NCBI GenBank assembly: GCA_035403785.1
Contig: DAONFW010000005.1
Span: 3,045-67,044, forward strand
Direction of reading: 5' to 3'
DNA: 64,000 bases
Source: Minisyncoccota bacterium
Lineage (GTDB): Bacteria; Patescibacteriota; Minisyncoccia; Phycocordibacterales; UBA9973
Position 1 is the stretch's first letter; each line of letters begins with the position of its first letter. Below the pieces are notes generated by a model, which did not search any database, was not told where the DNA came from, and was given only the letters and a program-made list of their open reading frames with translations. Made by a program: the position numbers and the translations under genes. Shown here one piece after another: positions 44,618-54,218 of the stretch.

Positions 44618-45613
44618 ATGAAAAAGATAGATTTTTTAGCTATTGGTGACATGACTATTGATGCTTTCATCAAGCTAAACGATGCACACGTTCATAAAAA
44701 TATTGATAATCCAGAAAGCAACGAATTATGTTTTCGTTTTGGGGACAAAATTCCTTTTGATTCTGTAACAATCGTCTCAGCTGTTGGAAATAGTCCAAAC
44801 GCAGCAGTTGCCGCTTCTAGACTTGGTTTAAATTCTGCACTAATTACAAATATTGGAAATGACAGAGATGGAAAAGATTGCTTAGAAGTTTTAAAAAAAG
44901 AAAAAGTAAAAACAAAATTTGTAAATATAGAAAAAAATAAAAAAACAAATTACCACTATGTGCTTTGGTATGGCACAGATAGAACAATTTTGGTTAAACA
45001 CACAGAGTTTGAATATAAATTTCCAAAACTTCCAAAAGTTTCTTGGATTTATTTGAGTTCTCTCGCTGAAAATTCTTTAGAGCATCATAAACTAATAGTA
45101 GATTTTTTGGAAAGACATCCAGAAACAAAATTAGCTTTTCAGCCTGGAACTTTTCAAATGAAATTCGGCGCTGAAAAACTAAAAGATATTTATGCACACA
45201 CTGAAATATTCTTCTGTAATCTAGAAGAAGCTGAAAGAATTTTAGGCGTTCAAAATAAAAATGTTTTAGAATTATCTCAAGGAATTCATGCTTTAGGTCC
45301 AAAAATAGTTTCAATCAGTGACGGTACAAATGGCGCTTATATGTATTTGAATAACGAACTCTGGCAAATTCCAATTTACCCAGATAAAACTCCAGCGCTA
45401 GAAAGAACCGGTGCCGGAGATGCTTTTTCTTCTTCAATCACCGCTGGATTAGCAATAGGACTTTCCCCTCTCAATGCTTTTGCTTGGGGACCAATAAACG
45501 CCATGAGCGTAGTACAAAAAATCGGTTCACAAGCTGGTTTACTTTCTAGAAAAAAACTAGAAGCTTATTTAAAAACTGCGCCAGAAAATTTTAAAATTAA
45601 AAAAATAAATTAA
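44618..45613 (+). CDS. PfkB-family carbohydrate kinase (ribokinase-like).
   Basis: A 331-aa ORF with an N-terminal GD motif (LAIGDMTIDAF) and the C-terminal anion-hole motif TGAGDAFSSS. Confidence 0.75.
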   Translation: MKKIDFLAIGDMTIDAFIKLNDAHVHKNIDNPESNELCFRFGDKIPFDSVTIVSAVGNSPNAAVAASRLGLNSALITNIGNDRDGKDCLEVLKKEKVKTKFVNIEKNKKTNYHYVLWYGTDRTILVKHTEFEYKFPKLPKVSWIYLSSLAENSLEHHKLIVDFLERHPETKLAFQPGTFQMKFGAEKLKDIYAHTEIFFCNLEEAERILGVQNKNVLELSQGIHALGPKIVSISDGTNGAYMYLNNELWQIPIYPDKTPALERTGAGDAFSSSITAGLAIGLSPLNAFAWGPINAMSVVQKIGSQAGLLSRKKLEAYLKTAPENFKIKKIN

Positions 45614-45636
45614 AAAATAAAAATATTTAAAATAAT

Positions 45637-45978
45637 ATGAATAACATGGAGGGAAATAAAGAAATTATAAAAAAAATAGCAGAGGGAGAAGTTCCGTTTC
45701 AAGATATAATAAAAAAAATGGAGTTATTTTTAGACATGAAAGACGCAATAGAAGAACTTAAAGAAGTCAAAGAATTATCCGAAGACGAAGGAACATTTAA
45801 AGAGGCTGAACAACAAATATCTTTAGCAGAAGAAGATTTAGCTTGTCTAAACAAAGAAATTGCAAAATTTTTTCAGGAAGATCGAAAAGAATTATATTCT
45901 TTTGATGAAATTGGAATAAAACTAAAAGAATTGTACAAAAAACAATACGAGATAAAAAAACAAATAGACTCTAATTAA
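45637..45978 (+). CDS. Hypothetical acidic coiled-coil protein.
   Basis: A 113-aa Glu/Lys-rich ORF with no recognised family. Confidence 0.3.
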   Translation: MNNMEGNKEIIKKIAEGEVPFQDIIKKMELFLDMKDAIEELKEVKELSEDEGTFKEAEQQISLAEEDLACLNKEIAKFFQEDRKELYSFDEIGIKLKELYKKQYEIKKQIDSN

Positions 45979-46981
45979 ATTTTCTTTTCCAAACTTTTCT
46001 CACTGCATTTTTGATAGCATCTTTGTCTAAACCATAATGCTTAAGTAATTCTTTTGTTGTACCAGACTGTCCAAATTTATCTTTTACTCCAACAAACTCG
46101 ATTGGCACAGGATAAGTTTGAGACAAAATTTCTGAAACCAACGAACCAATTCCGCCGGCAACTTGGTGGTCTTCTACTGTTACTAAACATTTTGCTTCTC
46201 TTGCTAATTTTATTATTCCATCTTGATCAACAGGCTTAATAGAAGCCAGATTCATAACTTTCACTTTTAAACCTTCTTCTGCTTCAAGTTCTTTCGCAGC
46301 AAGAATCGCATGATAAAGCATTTCACCTGTTGCGATGATTCCAACTTGCGCAATACCAATTTCTGGCAACCAAAAAATTTCAGATTTTCCTAACCTGAAC
46401 GGTGTTTCTTCCGTTGTAATAATAGGTGTTTTGTCTCGAACCAATCTTAAATAAGATGGTTTTTTTGTTTTACTGATAGCCAAAGTAATTTTCTTGGCTT
46501 CTATCGCATCACACGGTGAGAAGACTTCCATATTCGGCATCACTCGCATCAAAGCAATATCTTCGAGCATCTGGTGACTTCCACCATCTGGGCCAACTGT
46601 CACGCCAGTATGACTTCCAACGATTTTCACCGGCATATCATTATATGCGATAGTAGTTCTGATTTGCTCCCAATTTCTCCCAGGCGAAAAAATTGCATAA
46701 GAACCACAAAACGGAATTTTCCCCATTTTTGCCATACCAGAAGCTGTAGTCACAAGATTTTGTTCAGCTACACCGACTTCTATAAATTTATTTTCTTTCT
46801 CAAATTTTTCTGCAAAAAAATGCATCTGCACGCTTTCTTTCAAGTCGGCACAAAGAGCCACAACATTTTTGTCTTGCTCTCCCGCTTGCACAAGGCCTTT
46901 GCCAAAACCTTCACGCGTAGAAATTTTTTCTACATCTTCGTTAAATAATTTACTGTTTAGTTTTAATTTTGGATTTAGCAT
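45971..46981 (-). CDS. Transketolase, C-terminal (pyrimidine-binding) subunit.
   Basis: A 336-aa ORF containing …FIEVGVAEQNLVTTASGMAKMGKIPFCGSYAIFSPGRNWEQIR…. Confidence 0.85.
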   Translation of the reverse strand: MLNPKLKLNSKLFNEDVEKISTREGFGKGLVQAGEQDKNVVALCADLKESVQMHFFAEKFEKENKFIEVGVAEQNLVTTASGMAKMGKIPFCGSYAIFSPGRNWEQIRTTIAYNDMPVKIVGSHTGVTVGPDGGSHQMLEDIALMRVMPNMEVFSPCDAIEAKKITLAISKTKKPSYLRLVRDKTPIITTEETPFRLGKSEIFWLPEIGIAQVGIIATGEMLYHAILAAKELEAEEGLKVKVMNLASIKPVDQDGIIKLAREAKCLVTVEDHQVAGGIGSLVSEILSQTYPVPIEFVGVKDKFGQSGTTKELLKHYGLDKDAIKNAVRKVWKRKFN

Positions 46982-46984
46982 AAA

Positions 46985-47323
46985 TTATAAATTAGATTCT
47001 AGTTTTGCTTTTTTAATCGCCTCACCAAGCTGATCAGTCATTGGCTTATACCCCCTAGCATTTCTATTATCTATCATAAGTACTTCTTTTCCACCCATTT
47101 TAATTATACTCAAACCAAAACAACCACCCGGTCTTTGGTCTTTCCCCTGCCTTAAACTTTCTTTTGTTTCTTCTATCCTGTATGAAAAATTACTATCATC
47201 TAAAGCTTTACCAACTTTCATTGCAAATTCGATCAAATCTTCTTTCTCACCAGAAACAATATAAACATCTCCGTTTTCCCTAACTTCTATATTAAATTTT
47301 GGCTTTAGTATTTGTTCTATCAT
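46985..47323 (-). CDS. Hypothetical protein encoded between the two transketolase subunit genes.
   Basis: A 112-aa ORF with gaps of 10 nt and 3 nt to its neighbours. No family was recognised. Confidence 0.3.
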   Translation of the reverse strand: MIEQILKPKFNIEVRENGDVYIVSGEKEDLIEFAMKVGKALDDSNFSYRIEETKESLRQGKDQRPGGCFGLSIIKMGGKEVLMIDNRNARGYKPMTDQLGEAIKKAKLESNL

Positions 47324-47333
47324 ATAATTTAAA

Positions 47334-48182
47334 CTATATCGGCTTATTTGTTTCTAATTCTTTCAACGCCATTTTTGCTTCTTGTTTGCTTGGCGCCTTT
47401 CCATGCCACCTGTAATCATTTTCCCAAGCTTTTACGCCTTTACCTGGAATTGTTTTCGCAATAATTACGGTCGGTTTTTCTTTGCTTTCTTTTGCTTCTT
47501 CTACTGCCTCGTTAATTTTTCCAAAATCATGTCCTGAGGTTTCTAAAACATTCCAATGAAAAGATTTAAATTTTTCTGGTAAAGATTCGAGCGGCATTAT
47601 ATCTTCAGTATTTCCACTCAACTGAATTTTGTTTCTATCAATTATTACTATTAGGTTATTTAATTTATTTTTTCCTGCCAACATGAAACCTTCCCATGTA
47701 TTTCCTTCATCTAATTCTCCATCAGATAAAATACAGAAAATTTTTCTTTCGTTATTTTTTCTATCGATTCTATCAGCCAGCGCGATCCCGACAGACTGAG
47801 ACAAACCAGAGCCAAGTGGTCCAGAAGAAGTTTCTAAAAAGTTTAAATATTCTCTATGCGGATGACCTTGAAGCCTAGAACCAAATTTTCTTAAAGTTTT
47901 TAATTCTTCTAAACCAAAATATCCAGCGTGCGCAAGAGTTGCATATAAAACCGGACAAATGTGCCCATTAGACAAAACCAAAATATCTCTATCCGGCCAA
48001 AATGGATCTTTGGGATTATGCTTCAAAATATGAAAATAAAACAAAGTAAAAATATCAGTCATGCCAAGCGCGCCAGCAGTATGTCCAGAACCTGCTTCAG
48101 CAAGCATTTTAATAATATCTTGTCTGATTTCATTAGCAATCTTTTTTAATTTTAAAATTTTATCATCTGTTAAATATGCCAT
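47334..48182 (-). CDS. Transketolase, N-terminal (TPP-binding) subunit.
   Basis: A 282-aa ORF with GHTAGALGMTDIF, GHICPVLYA and the GDG-type TPP motif SDGELDEGNTWE. Confidence 0.85.
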   Translation of the reverse strand: MAYLTDDKILKLKKIANEIRQDIIKMLAEAGSGHTAGALGMTDIFTLFYFHILKHNPKDPFWPDRDILVLSNGHICPVLYATLAHAGYFGLEELKTLRKFGSRLQGHPHREYLNFLETSSGPLGSGLSQSVGIALADRIDRKNNERKIFCILSDGELDEGNTWEGFMLAGKNKLNNLIVIIDRNKIQLSGNTEDIMPLESLPEKFKSFHWNVLETSGHDFGKINEAVEEAKESKEKPTVIIAKTIPGKGVKAWENDYRWHGKAPSKQEAKMALKELETNKPI

Positions 48183-48202
48183 ATATTTTTAGTTCTTTTA
48201 TT

Positions 48203-48330
48203 CTTGTCCCGTAGGAAGATTTGCTTTCCTTCGGGATTTTGATCATTCAAAAAAGCCATCCCAGTACTAAAATTTAAATTAATAATTTTAAACCTTTATT
48301 TATCCCGCGCTGATTTTAGTACGGGACAAG
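48203..48330. promoter_or_regulatory. Structured intergenic element with nested inverted repeats, in the divergent region between the transketolase gene and gene 48414.
   Basis: The outer inverted repeat is cttgtcccgta…tacgggacaag. An inner hairpin is cccgtaggaa…ttccttcggg. A long hairpin is cccagtactaaaat…attttagtacggg. Confidence 0.35.
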
Positions 48331-48413
48331 TTAATCTAATTATACTAAAAAAACTTTATAAAAACTATCAGAAAAGCTATAATAAGAACATTAACAAGTT
48401 TTAAATAATTATT

Positions 48414-49112
48414 ATGCAAACAAAAAATAAAATTTTAATGCAACAGGCAAAAGAATCACTGAAAGGAAAATGGTGGCCAGCTGTCGCTGTTTCTGTTGTG
48501 TATATTCTTATCACAGTAGGGGTAAGATCAATACCAACTGTTGGGCCAATTGCACAACTTATTATTACCGGACCATTTATGCTTGGTTTAACAATATTTG
48601 TTTTAAATATTTCAAAAAACCAAAAAGCAGAAGTTCCTCAAATTTTTGATGGTTTTAAAAATTTTTGGAAAGCGGTAGGAACCTATCTTCTAATGGTACT
48701 GTTTATTATGTTGTGGTCTCTTTTACTTATCGTACCAGGAATAATCGCTGGTTTTTCCTATGCCATGACTTTTTACATTCTTGTAGAAAATCCAAAAATG
48801 AAACCAATGGATATTTTACGCAGTAGTAAAAAAATGATGCGCGGCAACAAATGGAAACTATTTTGTTTAAGTTGGAGATTTTTCGGATGGGGACTTTTAT
48901 GTATTTTAACAGCAGGAATCGGATTTTTCTGGTTGATTCCTTATATGAATACAACTTTTGCAAAATTCTATGAAGACATCAAGAAAAACCCTGCGCCAGA
49001 AAAAAAGAAAAAGAAAAGCTACGATAAAGATAAAAAAGAAGAAGAGACAGTAGAAATCGAAGAAGAAATTGTTGTTATAAAAGAAAAATTCGTTCCAGAA
49101 GAGCTAGAATAA
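48414..49112 (+). CDS. DUF975-like membrane protein.
   Basis: A 232-aa ORF with four transmembrane segments and a Lys/Glu-rich C-terminal tail. The pattern fits DUF975. Confidence 0.45.
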   Translation: MQTKNKILMQQAKESLKGKWWPAVAVSVVYILITVGVRSIPTVGPIAQLIITGPFMLGLTIFVLNISKNQKAEVPQIFDGFKNFWKAVGTYLLMVLFIMLWSLLLIVPGIIAGFSYAMTFYILVENPKMKPMDILRSSKKMMRGNKWKLFCLSWRFFGWGLLCILTAGIGFFWLIPYMNTTFAKFYEDIKKNPAPEKKKKKSYDKDKKEEETVEIEEEIVVIKEKFVPEELE

Positions 49113-49126
49113 TGAAATAAAAAAAA

Positions 49127-49145
49127 GGGGCATTTGCCCCTTTTT
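49127..49145. terminator. Bidirectional intrinsic terminator.
   Basis: aaaaaaaa-ggggcatttgcccc-ttttt. Confidence 0.55.
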
Positions 49146-49443
49146 GCTACTTTTGATACATTTTACGCCTGTTGGCATAAAAAGCTTTTTCAGCTTCTGC
49201 CATGTAGGCGATATTTTTTTTAATCAAAACCTGATCTTTTTTTGAAACTTTTTCCTTTGCCATATTCTTAAATTTTAATTGGTGAGTTTTTGTAAAAGAC
49301 ACAAAATATCTACTACAAAAACTCACCAAAAACTATTTCAAAAAACAAATTTTTTCTTTTAATGATTATACAATAAAAGATACAAAATTAAATAAATTTA
49401 TTAAAAATAATAACATTAATTTTAGTAAAAGTCAAGATGTGTA

Positions 49444-50145
49444 CTATCCTAAATTTTCGAACTCGCTAATAGTCTCTCGAATATCTACTGATTTTAAAAT
49501 AGCATTTCCAGCTACTAATCTATTCACACCGGCATCTACCAATTCCTGCGCTGTGTCTAGATTTACTCCCCCATCTACTGAAATAATCAGATCAGGATAT
49601 TTTTCTTTTAGTTTCTTAATCTGCTCCAAAACTCTTTCATCAAAATCTTGCCCTTGAAAACCAATTTTTTCAATTCCCATACACTGCACGAAATCTACAT
49701 GGTTTATCAAACTCAAAACCTGCTCTGTAATTTCAGTATCTACATTGATTGCAATTCCCATCTGAATAGAATCACGAATATACACATCCATGCCTTCTAA
49801 AAAGTTTTTAAACTCATTCAAATTACCTACAGCTTCAACATGAAAAACAACTCTTTTCGGTCCAAGTTTTGTATAAATATCAAAATTTTCTACAGCATCT
49901 GCAACCATGAGATCTAATTCAAATTCTATGTCTTCCCAAAAAGGCATGCCTTCTTCTTCATTCATAATTCTGTGAAAATTCATATCATCAGCGCCACCAG
50001 TAGTAAAAGGCCAAGTTTTATTCTTTACAAAAACTCCATCACACAAATCTATCTGCACAACTGGAACAATTCCACGCACAAGCGCGATTTTGTTTTTCAT
50101 ATCTTCATAATTTTGTGACAAAACTGCCGGGATTACTTCAATCAT
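49444..50145 (-). CDS. rpe: Ribulose-phosphate 3-epimerase-like TIM-barrel protein.
   Basis: A 233-aa ORF. The N-terminus reads VIPAVLSQNYEDM…VQIDLCDGVFV. The C-terminus reads …LIISVDGGVNLDTAQELVDAGVNRLVAGNAIL. Confidence 0.55.
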   Translation of the reverse strand: MIEVIPAVLSQNYEDMKNKIALVRGIVPVVQIDLCDGVFVKNKTWPFTTGGADDMNFHRIMNEEEGMPFWEDIEFELDLMVADAVENFDIYTKLGPKRVVFHVEAVGNLNEFKNFLEGMDVYIRDSIQMGIAINVDTEITEQVLSLINHVDFVQCMGIEKIGFQGQDFDERVLEQIKKLKEKYPDLIISVDGGVNLDTAQELVDAGVNRLVAGNAILKSVDIRETISEFENLG

Positions 50146-50151
50146 ATATTA

Positions 50152-50871
50152 TTATTTATTTTCTTTTAATCTATCGAAATTTTCTTGCATATTTTTTGCT
50201 AATTCTTTTACTTGACTACGCGTTCTTTTTATTATCTCTCTTAAATCAAGTCTATCTTTTTTTGACACCCTATCTGCCATTGAAGAAGAAATTATTTCTC
50301 CACTTTTTTTATATATCCCAGACATATCTTTTCTTGCATAAATATTAGGAATTCCCCCATTCCCTATTGCATATTTTTCTAAATCAATCTCATTAATATG
50401 ATTATCTACATTACCAAAACCCAAAGTAGCAACTTTATATGAAATATTAAGCTCTTCCAATGCATTTAATAAACACTGAATAGTTCTTCCGGAACCAATA
50501 AAATCAGTGACAAGCAATACTTCTTTTGATGGATCATGTTTCAAATTTTTCATTAAATGCTCCTTTATGTCTAACTGAAATTTTTCAACATCTTTAGTTT
50601 CTCCAAGCCCCGCAATAAATAATATTTGCGGCTTTTCAACATTTTTATTTTTATACTCATTGCCGAGAAATTCATGAAAAGCCAAAGCTGGAACTCTACC
50701 AGAGACATCATCTCCGATGATTGCATCGAACTTACAATTTTCTATATCAGTCTTAACTTTTTCTAAAATATCATTAATTTTAGGACTCATACTATCTACG
50801 ATATTTTCTACATCGTCTTTATTTCCAATAGGAATTTTTTTCTTAAAATTTGGTAGTTCTATTTTAAACAT
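50152..50871 (-). CDS. Type I phosphoribosyltransferase family protein.
   Basis: A 239-aa ORF whose PRPP-binding motif is EVLLVTDFIGSGRT. Confidence 0.55.
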   Translation of the reverse strand: MFKIELPNFKKKIPIGNKDDVENIVDSMSPKINDILEKVKTDIENCKFDAIIGDDVSGRVPALAFHEFLGNEYKNKNVEKPQILFIAGLGETKDVEKFQLDIKEHLMKNLKHDPSKEVLLVTDFIGSGRTIQCLLNALEELNISYKVATLGFGNVDNHINEIDLEKYAIGNGGIPNIYARKDMSGIYKKSGEIISSSMADRVSKKDRLDLREIIKRTRSQVKELAKNMQENFDRLKENK

Positions 50872-50872
50872 A

Positions 50873-51373
50873 TTAAAATTTATTTATTCTTCTAACATGC
50901 TTTTCTTCTTCTGAAAATTTCGTGCTTAAAAATAATTCGCAAGCAAACTTAGCTTCATCTTCTGTTACAAATCTTGCACCGATAGATAAAACATTTGCAT
51001 CATTATGCAGACGTGCCAATTTCACTATTTCAAAAGTTTCAGAATTTTTATTCTCACCATTTTTCATCTCTTCCTGCCCATAAAAAACCGCAGCCCGCAC
51101 ACCTTCTGTTCTGTTAGCACACATTGCTTCACCTTGTCCTGAACCACCCAAAACTATTCCAAAACTGCCCTTATCTTTTGCAACGGCTTCAGCAACTTGT
51201 TTTACATAATCAGGATAATCGTCATCTTCTACTAAATTAAAAGCGCCGAAATCTTGAACTTCGTAACCTAATTCAAGTTCTTCCAAATACACTTTTAATT
51301 TTTCTTTTAATTCAAACCCTGCATGATCTGTGCCTATGTATATTTTCATCTTATTATTTTTTTCTATTTCCAT
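50873..51373 (-). CDS. rpiB: Ribose-5-phosphate isomerase B (RpiB/LacAB family).
   Basis: A 166-aa ORF containing MKIYIGTDHAGFELKEKL…GIVLGGSGQGEAMCANR. Confidence 0.8.
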   Translation of the reverse strand: MEIEKNNKMKIYIGTDHAGFELKEKLKVYLEELELGYEVQDFGAFNLVEDDDYPDYVKQVAEAVAKDKGSFGIVLGGSGQGEAMCANRTEGVRAAVFYGQEEMKNGENKNSETFEIVKLARLHNDANVLSIGARFVTEDEAKFACELFLSTKFSEEEKHVRRINKF

Positions 51374-52100
51374 ATGCTATATATAAAATTAAATGATAAT
51401 AAACCAAAGCGAACAATACAAAAGACACTAATGCCATCAGAGGAATTATAATTGCAACTTCTATATAATATAAAGCATTCGCTCTATAGTTTATGATATT
51501 AGCCGATAAGTTTTTTATCTCTTTAAAATCTTTATCATAAATATTTGAGTCATTTATAAAACATTTCCTAGTTGAATCTTTAAAGATTTTATCTTGCGTT
51601 ATATTACTAAAATCTTCAATATTCATAGCAATCTTTTTATAACCTAATTGATTTTTATAATCTTCATAAAAAATTTTGATTATATTATCTTGATACTTCT
51701 CTGGCGCTTTAAGGCAAAAAGATTTGCCTAAAGAATGCAAAGAAATATATTCAATTTTATTATTTAATAAAACGCCGAAACTTCCTTTCTGTTCAAAAAA
51801 TTTTGGAATAGTATTCTCATAATCTTCTCCATTGTAGTTTTCCGTGTATTTATATAAAGTATTATTTATATGTATATTATGTTTGCTTAAAAGTTCCGTA
51901 TCATTTGGATATGATATCAACATTATATAAGAACCAATGGTTATTAAAAAAAACAATACTAAAAAAATTACTTTTATTAATCTATGCCACCAATGTTTAT
52001 TAAGCTCCAAACCATCTCTAAACAACCATGCTTTTGCTTTTTTATATACGATAGTTATTTTTTTCATATTATTTAATACTTCCCCCTGTTTTAACCACAT
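51354..52100 (-). CDS. Hypothetical membrane protein.
   Basis: A 248-aa ORF with two transmembrane segments. It overlaps the ends of both neighbouring genes. Confidence 0.3.
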   Translation of the reverse strand: MWLKQGEVLNNMKKITIVYKKAKAWLFRDGLELNKHWWHRLIKVIFLVLFFLITIGSYIMLISYPNDTELLSKHNIHINNTLYKYTENYNGEDYENTIPKFFEQKGSFGVLLNNKIEYISLHSLGKSFCLKAPEKYQDNIIKIFYEDYKNQLGYKKIAMNIEDFSNITQDKIFKDSTRKCFINDSNIYDKDFKEIKNLSANIINYRANALYYIEVAIIIPLMALVSFVLFALVYYHLILYIAYGNRKK

Positions 52101-53112
52101 GATCCACTAATGTATAAGTATACCCCATTTCATTGTCATACCAGCCAAGAACTTTTACCAAATTTCCACCGACAACTCGTGTCATCTTCAAGTCAGCAAT
52201 TGACGCATGGGATTCGCCCAAAATATCTGACGAAACCAAATCTTCTTCTGTCACTGCAAAAATCTTTTCCCATCTTTTGTCTCGCGCAGCTTTTTTCAAA
52301 ACATTATTTACTTCTTCTACTGTTGTTTCTTTTTTAGAAATGAAAGTAACATCTGCAATAGAACCAGCTGGAACTGGAACTCTTAGAGAAATTCCATCGA
52401 AAAGTCCAGTTAGTTCAGGAAATGCTTTTGTCACAGCAATCGCTGCACCAGTTGAAGAAGGCACGATATTTTGTGCTGCGGCGCGACCTTCTCGGAAATC
52501 TTTTTTGTTTGGACCATCAACTATTCCTTGCGATGCAGTATATCCGTGCACTGTATTTAAAATTGCTTTTTCTATTCCTAAAACTTCGTGTAAAATTGCG
52601 ATTAGTGGTGAAGCAGCATTTGTTGTACAAGAAGCATTTGAAGTCACATCACAAGTTCCAAATTTTTCTTCGTTCACTCCCAACAAGATAGTCTCACCGT
52701 GCACACTGTCATCTCCGCCTTTTGCTGGTGCTGATATCACAACTTTCTTTGCTCCAGCTTTTATATGCGCTTCTGCTTTATCATAAGAAGTGAATAATCC
52801 AGTTGATTCTACAACCACGTCTACGCCCAAATCTTTCCATGGCAAATTTGCTGGATCTTTTTCTGCTAGAACTTTTACTTTCTTCCCGTCTATAATTATT
52901 TCCTGACCTTCAACTTTTATATCATGATTCCAATTTCTATATACAGTATCGTGTTTTAATAAATAAGCCATATTCTGAACGTCGCCCAAATCGTTTACGG
53001 CTATTATTTCAATTTCTGGTCTATCCCAAGCTACTTTCAAAAAAGCTCGGCCGATACGACCAAAACCATTAATTCCTACTTTAATTTTGTTATTTTTATT
53101 GAATAATTTCAT
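52069..53112 (-). CDS. gap: Glyceraldehyde-3-phosphate dehydrogenase.
   Basis: A 347-aa ORF with NAD-binding INGFGRIGR and the catalytic SNASCTTN. Confidence 0.9.
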   Translation of the reverse strand: MKLFNKNNKIKVGINGFGRIGRAFLKVAWDRPEIEIIAVNDLGDVQNMAYLLKHDTVYRNWNHDIKVEGQEIIIDGKKVKVLAEKDPANLPWKDLGVDVVVESTGLFTSYDKAEAHIKAGAKKVVISAPAKGGDDSVHGETILLGVNEEKFGTCDVTSNASCTTNAASPLIAILHEVLGIEKAILNTVHGYTASQGIVDGPNKKDFREGRAAAQNIVPSSTGAAIAVTKAFPELTGLFDGISLRVPVPAGSIADVTFISKKETTVEEVNNVLKKAARDKRWEKIFAVTEEDLVSSDILGESHASIADLKMTRVVGGNLVKVLGWYDNEMGYTYTLVDHVVKTGGSIK

Positions 53113-53162
53113 ACATCTATTATACCAAATACCAACAAAAATATGCTAATATAAAAACATGA

Positions 53163-53442
53163 ATCCCGTTAGAGATCATATATGTTTTATTACACTTATA
53201 TTTTAAAAAGCAAGAAAGATGGTAAAATTTACACAGGAAGTACGAGCGACTTACGGAAGCGCCTTATCCAGCATAATACTGGAAAATCTACCTACACGAA
53301 AGGAAGAGGCCCATTCATAATTATTTATTACGAAGCGTGTTTATCAGAAGAAAAAGCAAGGTCGAGAGAATTATATTTAAAATCGGGAATGGGCAGGCGT
53401 TATCTTAGAAATAGATTAGGCGCTTCCTATCTCTAACGGGAT
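53163..53442 (+). mobile_element. GIY-YIG nuclease gene embedded between the two arms of the 'atcccgttagaRat / atYtctaacgggat' palindrome.
   Basis: The left arm atcccgttagagat is at 53163-53176 and the right arm atctctaacgggat is at 53429-53442. The arms are perfectly complementary. The same arms flank a 60-bp insert at 59426-59516 and form a bare hairpin at 8326-8353. Confidence 0.45.
53182..53436 (+). CDS. GIY-YIG domain nuclease, a small stand-alone protein.
   Basis: An 84-aa ORF. YTYILKSKKDGKIYTGSTSDLRKRLIQHN matches the GIY-(x10)-YIG motif plus the conserved Arg. A downstream Glu (EEKARSRE) is also present. Confidence 0.7.
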   Translation: MFYYTYILKSKKDGKIYTGSTSDLRKRLIQHNTGKSTYTKGRGPFIIIYYEACLSEEKARSRELYLKSGMGRRYLRNRLGASYL

Positions 53443-54136
53443 GAAAATCCACAGATTTATAGACCAAAATTTTGATTTAAATAATAAAGAACTAGAAATA
53501 ACTGGTGAAATAGCGCATCAGGTTATAAAAGTATTAAAATTTGAAATTGGTGAAAAAATAGAACTTTCTGACGGTAAGGGCGCTGTTGGAATTGGAAAAG
53601 TTAAGAATTTAAGTAAAAATACTGTTTTAGTAGAAATAGAAAAAATAGAGAAATTAGAAGAAAATAAAAAAACTACACTATTCTGCGCAGTTTTGAAAAA
53701 AGAAAATTTTGAACTAGTAGTACAAAAAGCAACTGAATGCGGAATTAAAAAAATAGTGCCAATCATCACAGACAGAACGATCAAAACAGGTTTGAAATTA
53801 GATAGATTAGAAAAAATTGCAAAAGAAGCATCTGAACAATCCGGCAGAAGTATTGTGCCAGAAATTTCTGAACCAGTTAGTTTTGAAAAAAGTTTAGAGT
53901 TAATTAATAAGACAGATTTAAATATTTTATTTGATATCTCAGGTGAAAAATTTTCTGAAATAAATTTAAATGATTTTGAAAAAATAAATATTTTTATCGG
54001 ACCCGAAGGTGGTTGGACTGATAACGAAATAAAAAAAATGAAAAATTTAAATTTTAAAATTGCATCACTTGGCAAATTAACTTTGCGTGCAGAAACTGCG
54101 GCAATAGTTTCAAGTTTTTTAGTATCAAATAATTAA
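53441..54136 (+). CDS. rsmE: 16S rRNA (uracil-N3)-methyltransferase RsmE.
   Basis: A 231-aa ORF with an N-terminal PUA-like domain and a C-terminal SPOUT domain (…IFIGPEGGWTDNEI…LGKLTLRAETAAI). Confidence 0.8.
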   Translation: MKIHRFIDQNFDLNNKELEITGEIAHQVIKVLKFEIGEKIELSDGKGAVGIGKVKNLSKNTVLVEIEKIEKLEENKKTTLFCAVLKKENFELVVQKATECGIKKIVPIITDRTIKTGLKLDRLEKIAKEASEQSGRSIVPEISEPVSFEKSLELINKTDLNILFDISGEKFSEINLNDFEKINIFIGPEGGWTDNEIKKMKNLNFKIASLGKLTLRAETAAIVSSFLVSNN

Positions 54137-54218
54137 AATAAAATATTGGGAAAAAGAAATAAAAAAAAACGCGCAACAGATTCATCTGCTACGCGTCATC
54201 AATCATTGTCAACCAACT

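Noticed and set aside
49147-49329. 60-aa minus-strand ORF after the DUF975 gene.
   Set aside because: It has no recognisable family. It may be a real small protein starting at the internal Met (MAKEKVSKK…), but the evidence is insufficient to call.
52133-52786. 217-aa plus-strand ORF inside gap.
   Set aside because: It is antisense to the GAPDH gene. The GC-richer coding sequence of gap gives long open antisense frames.
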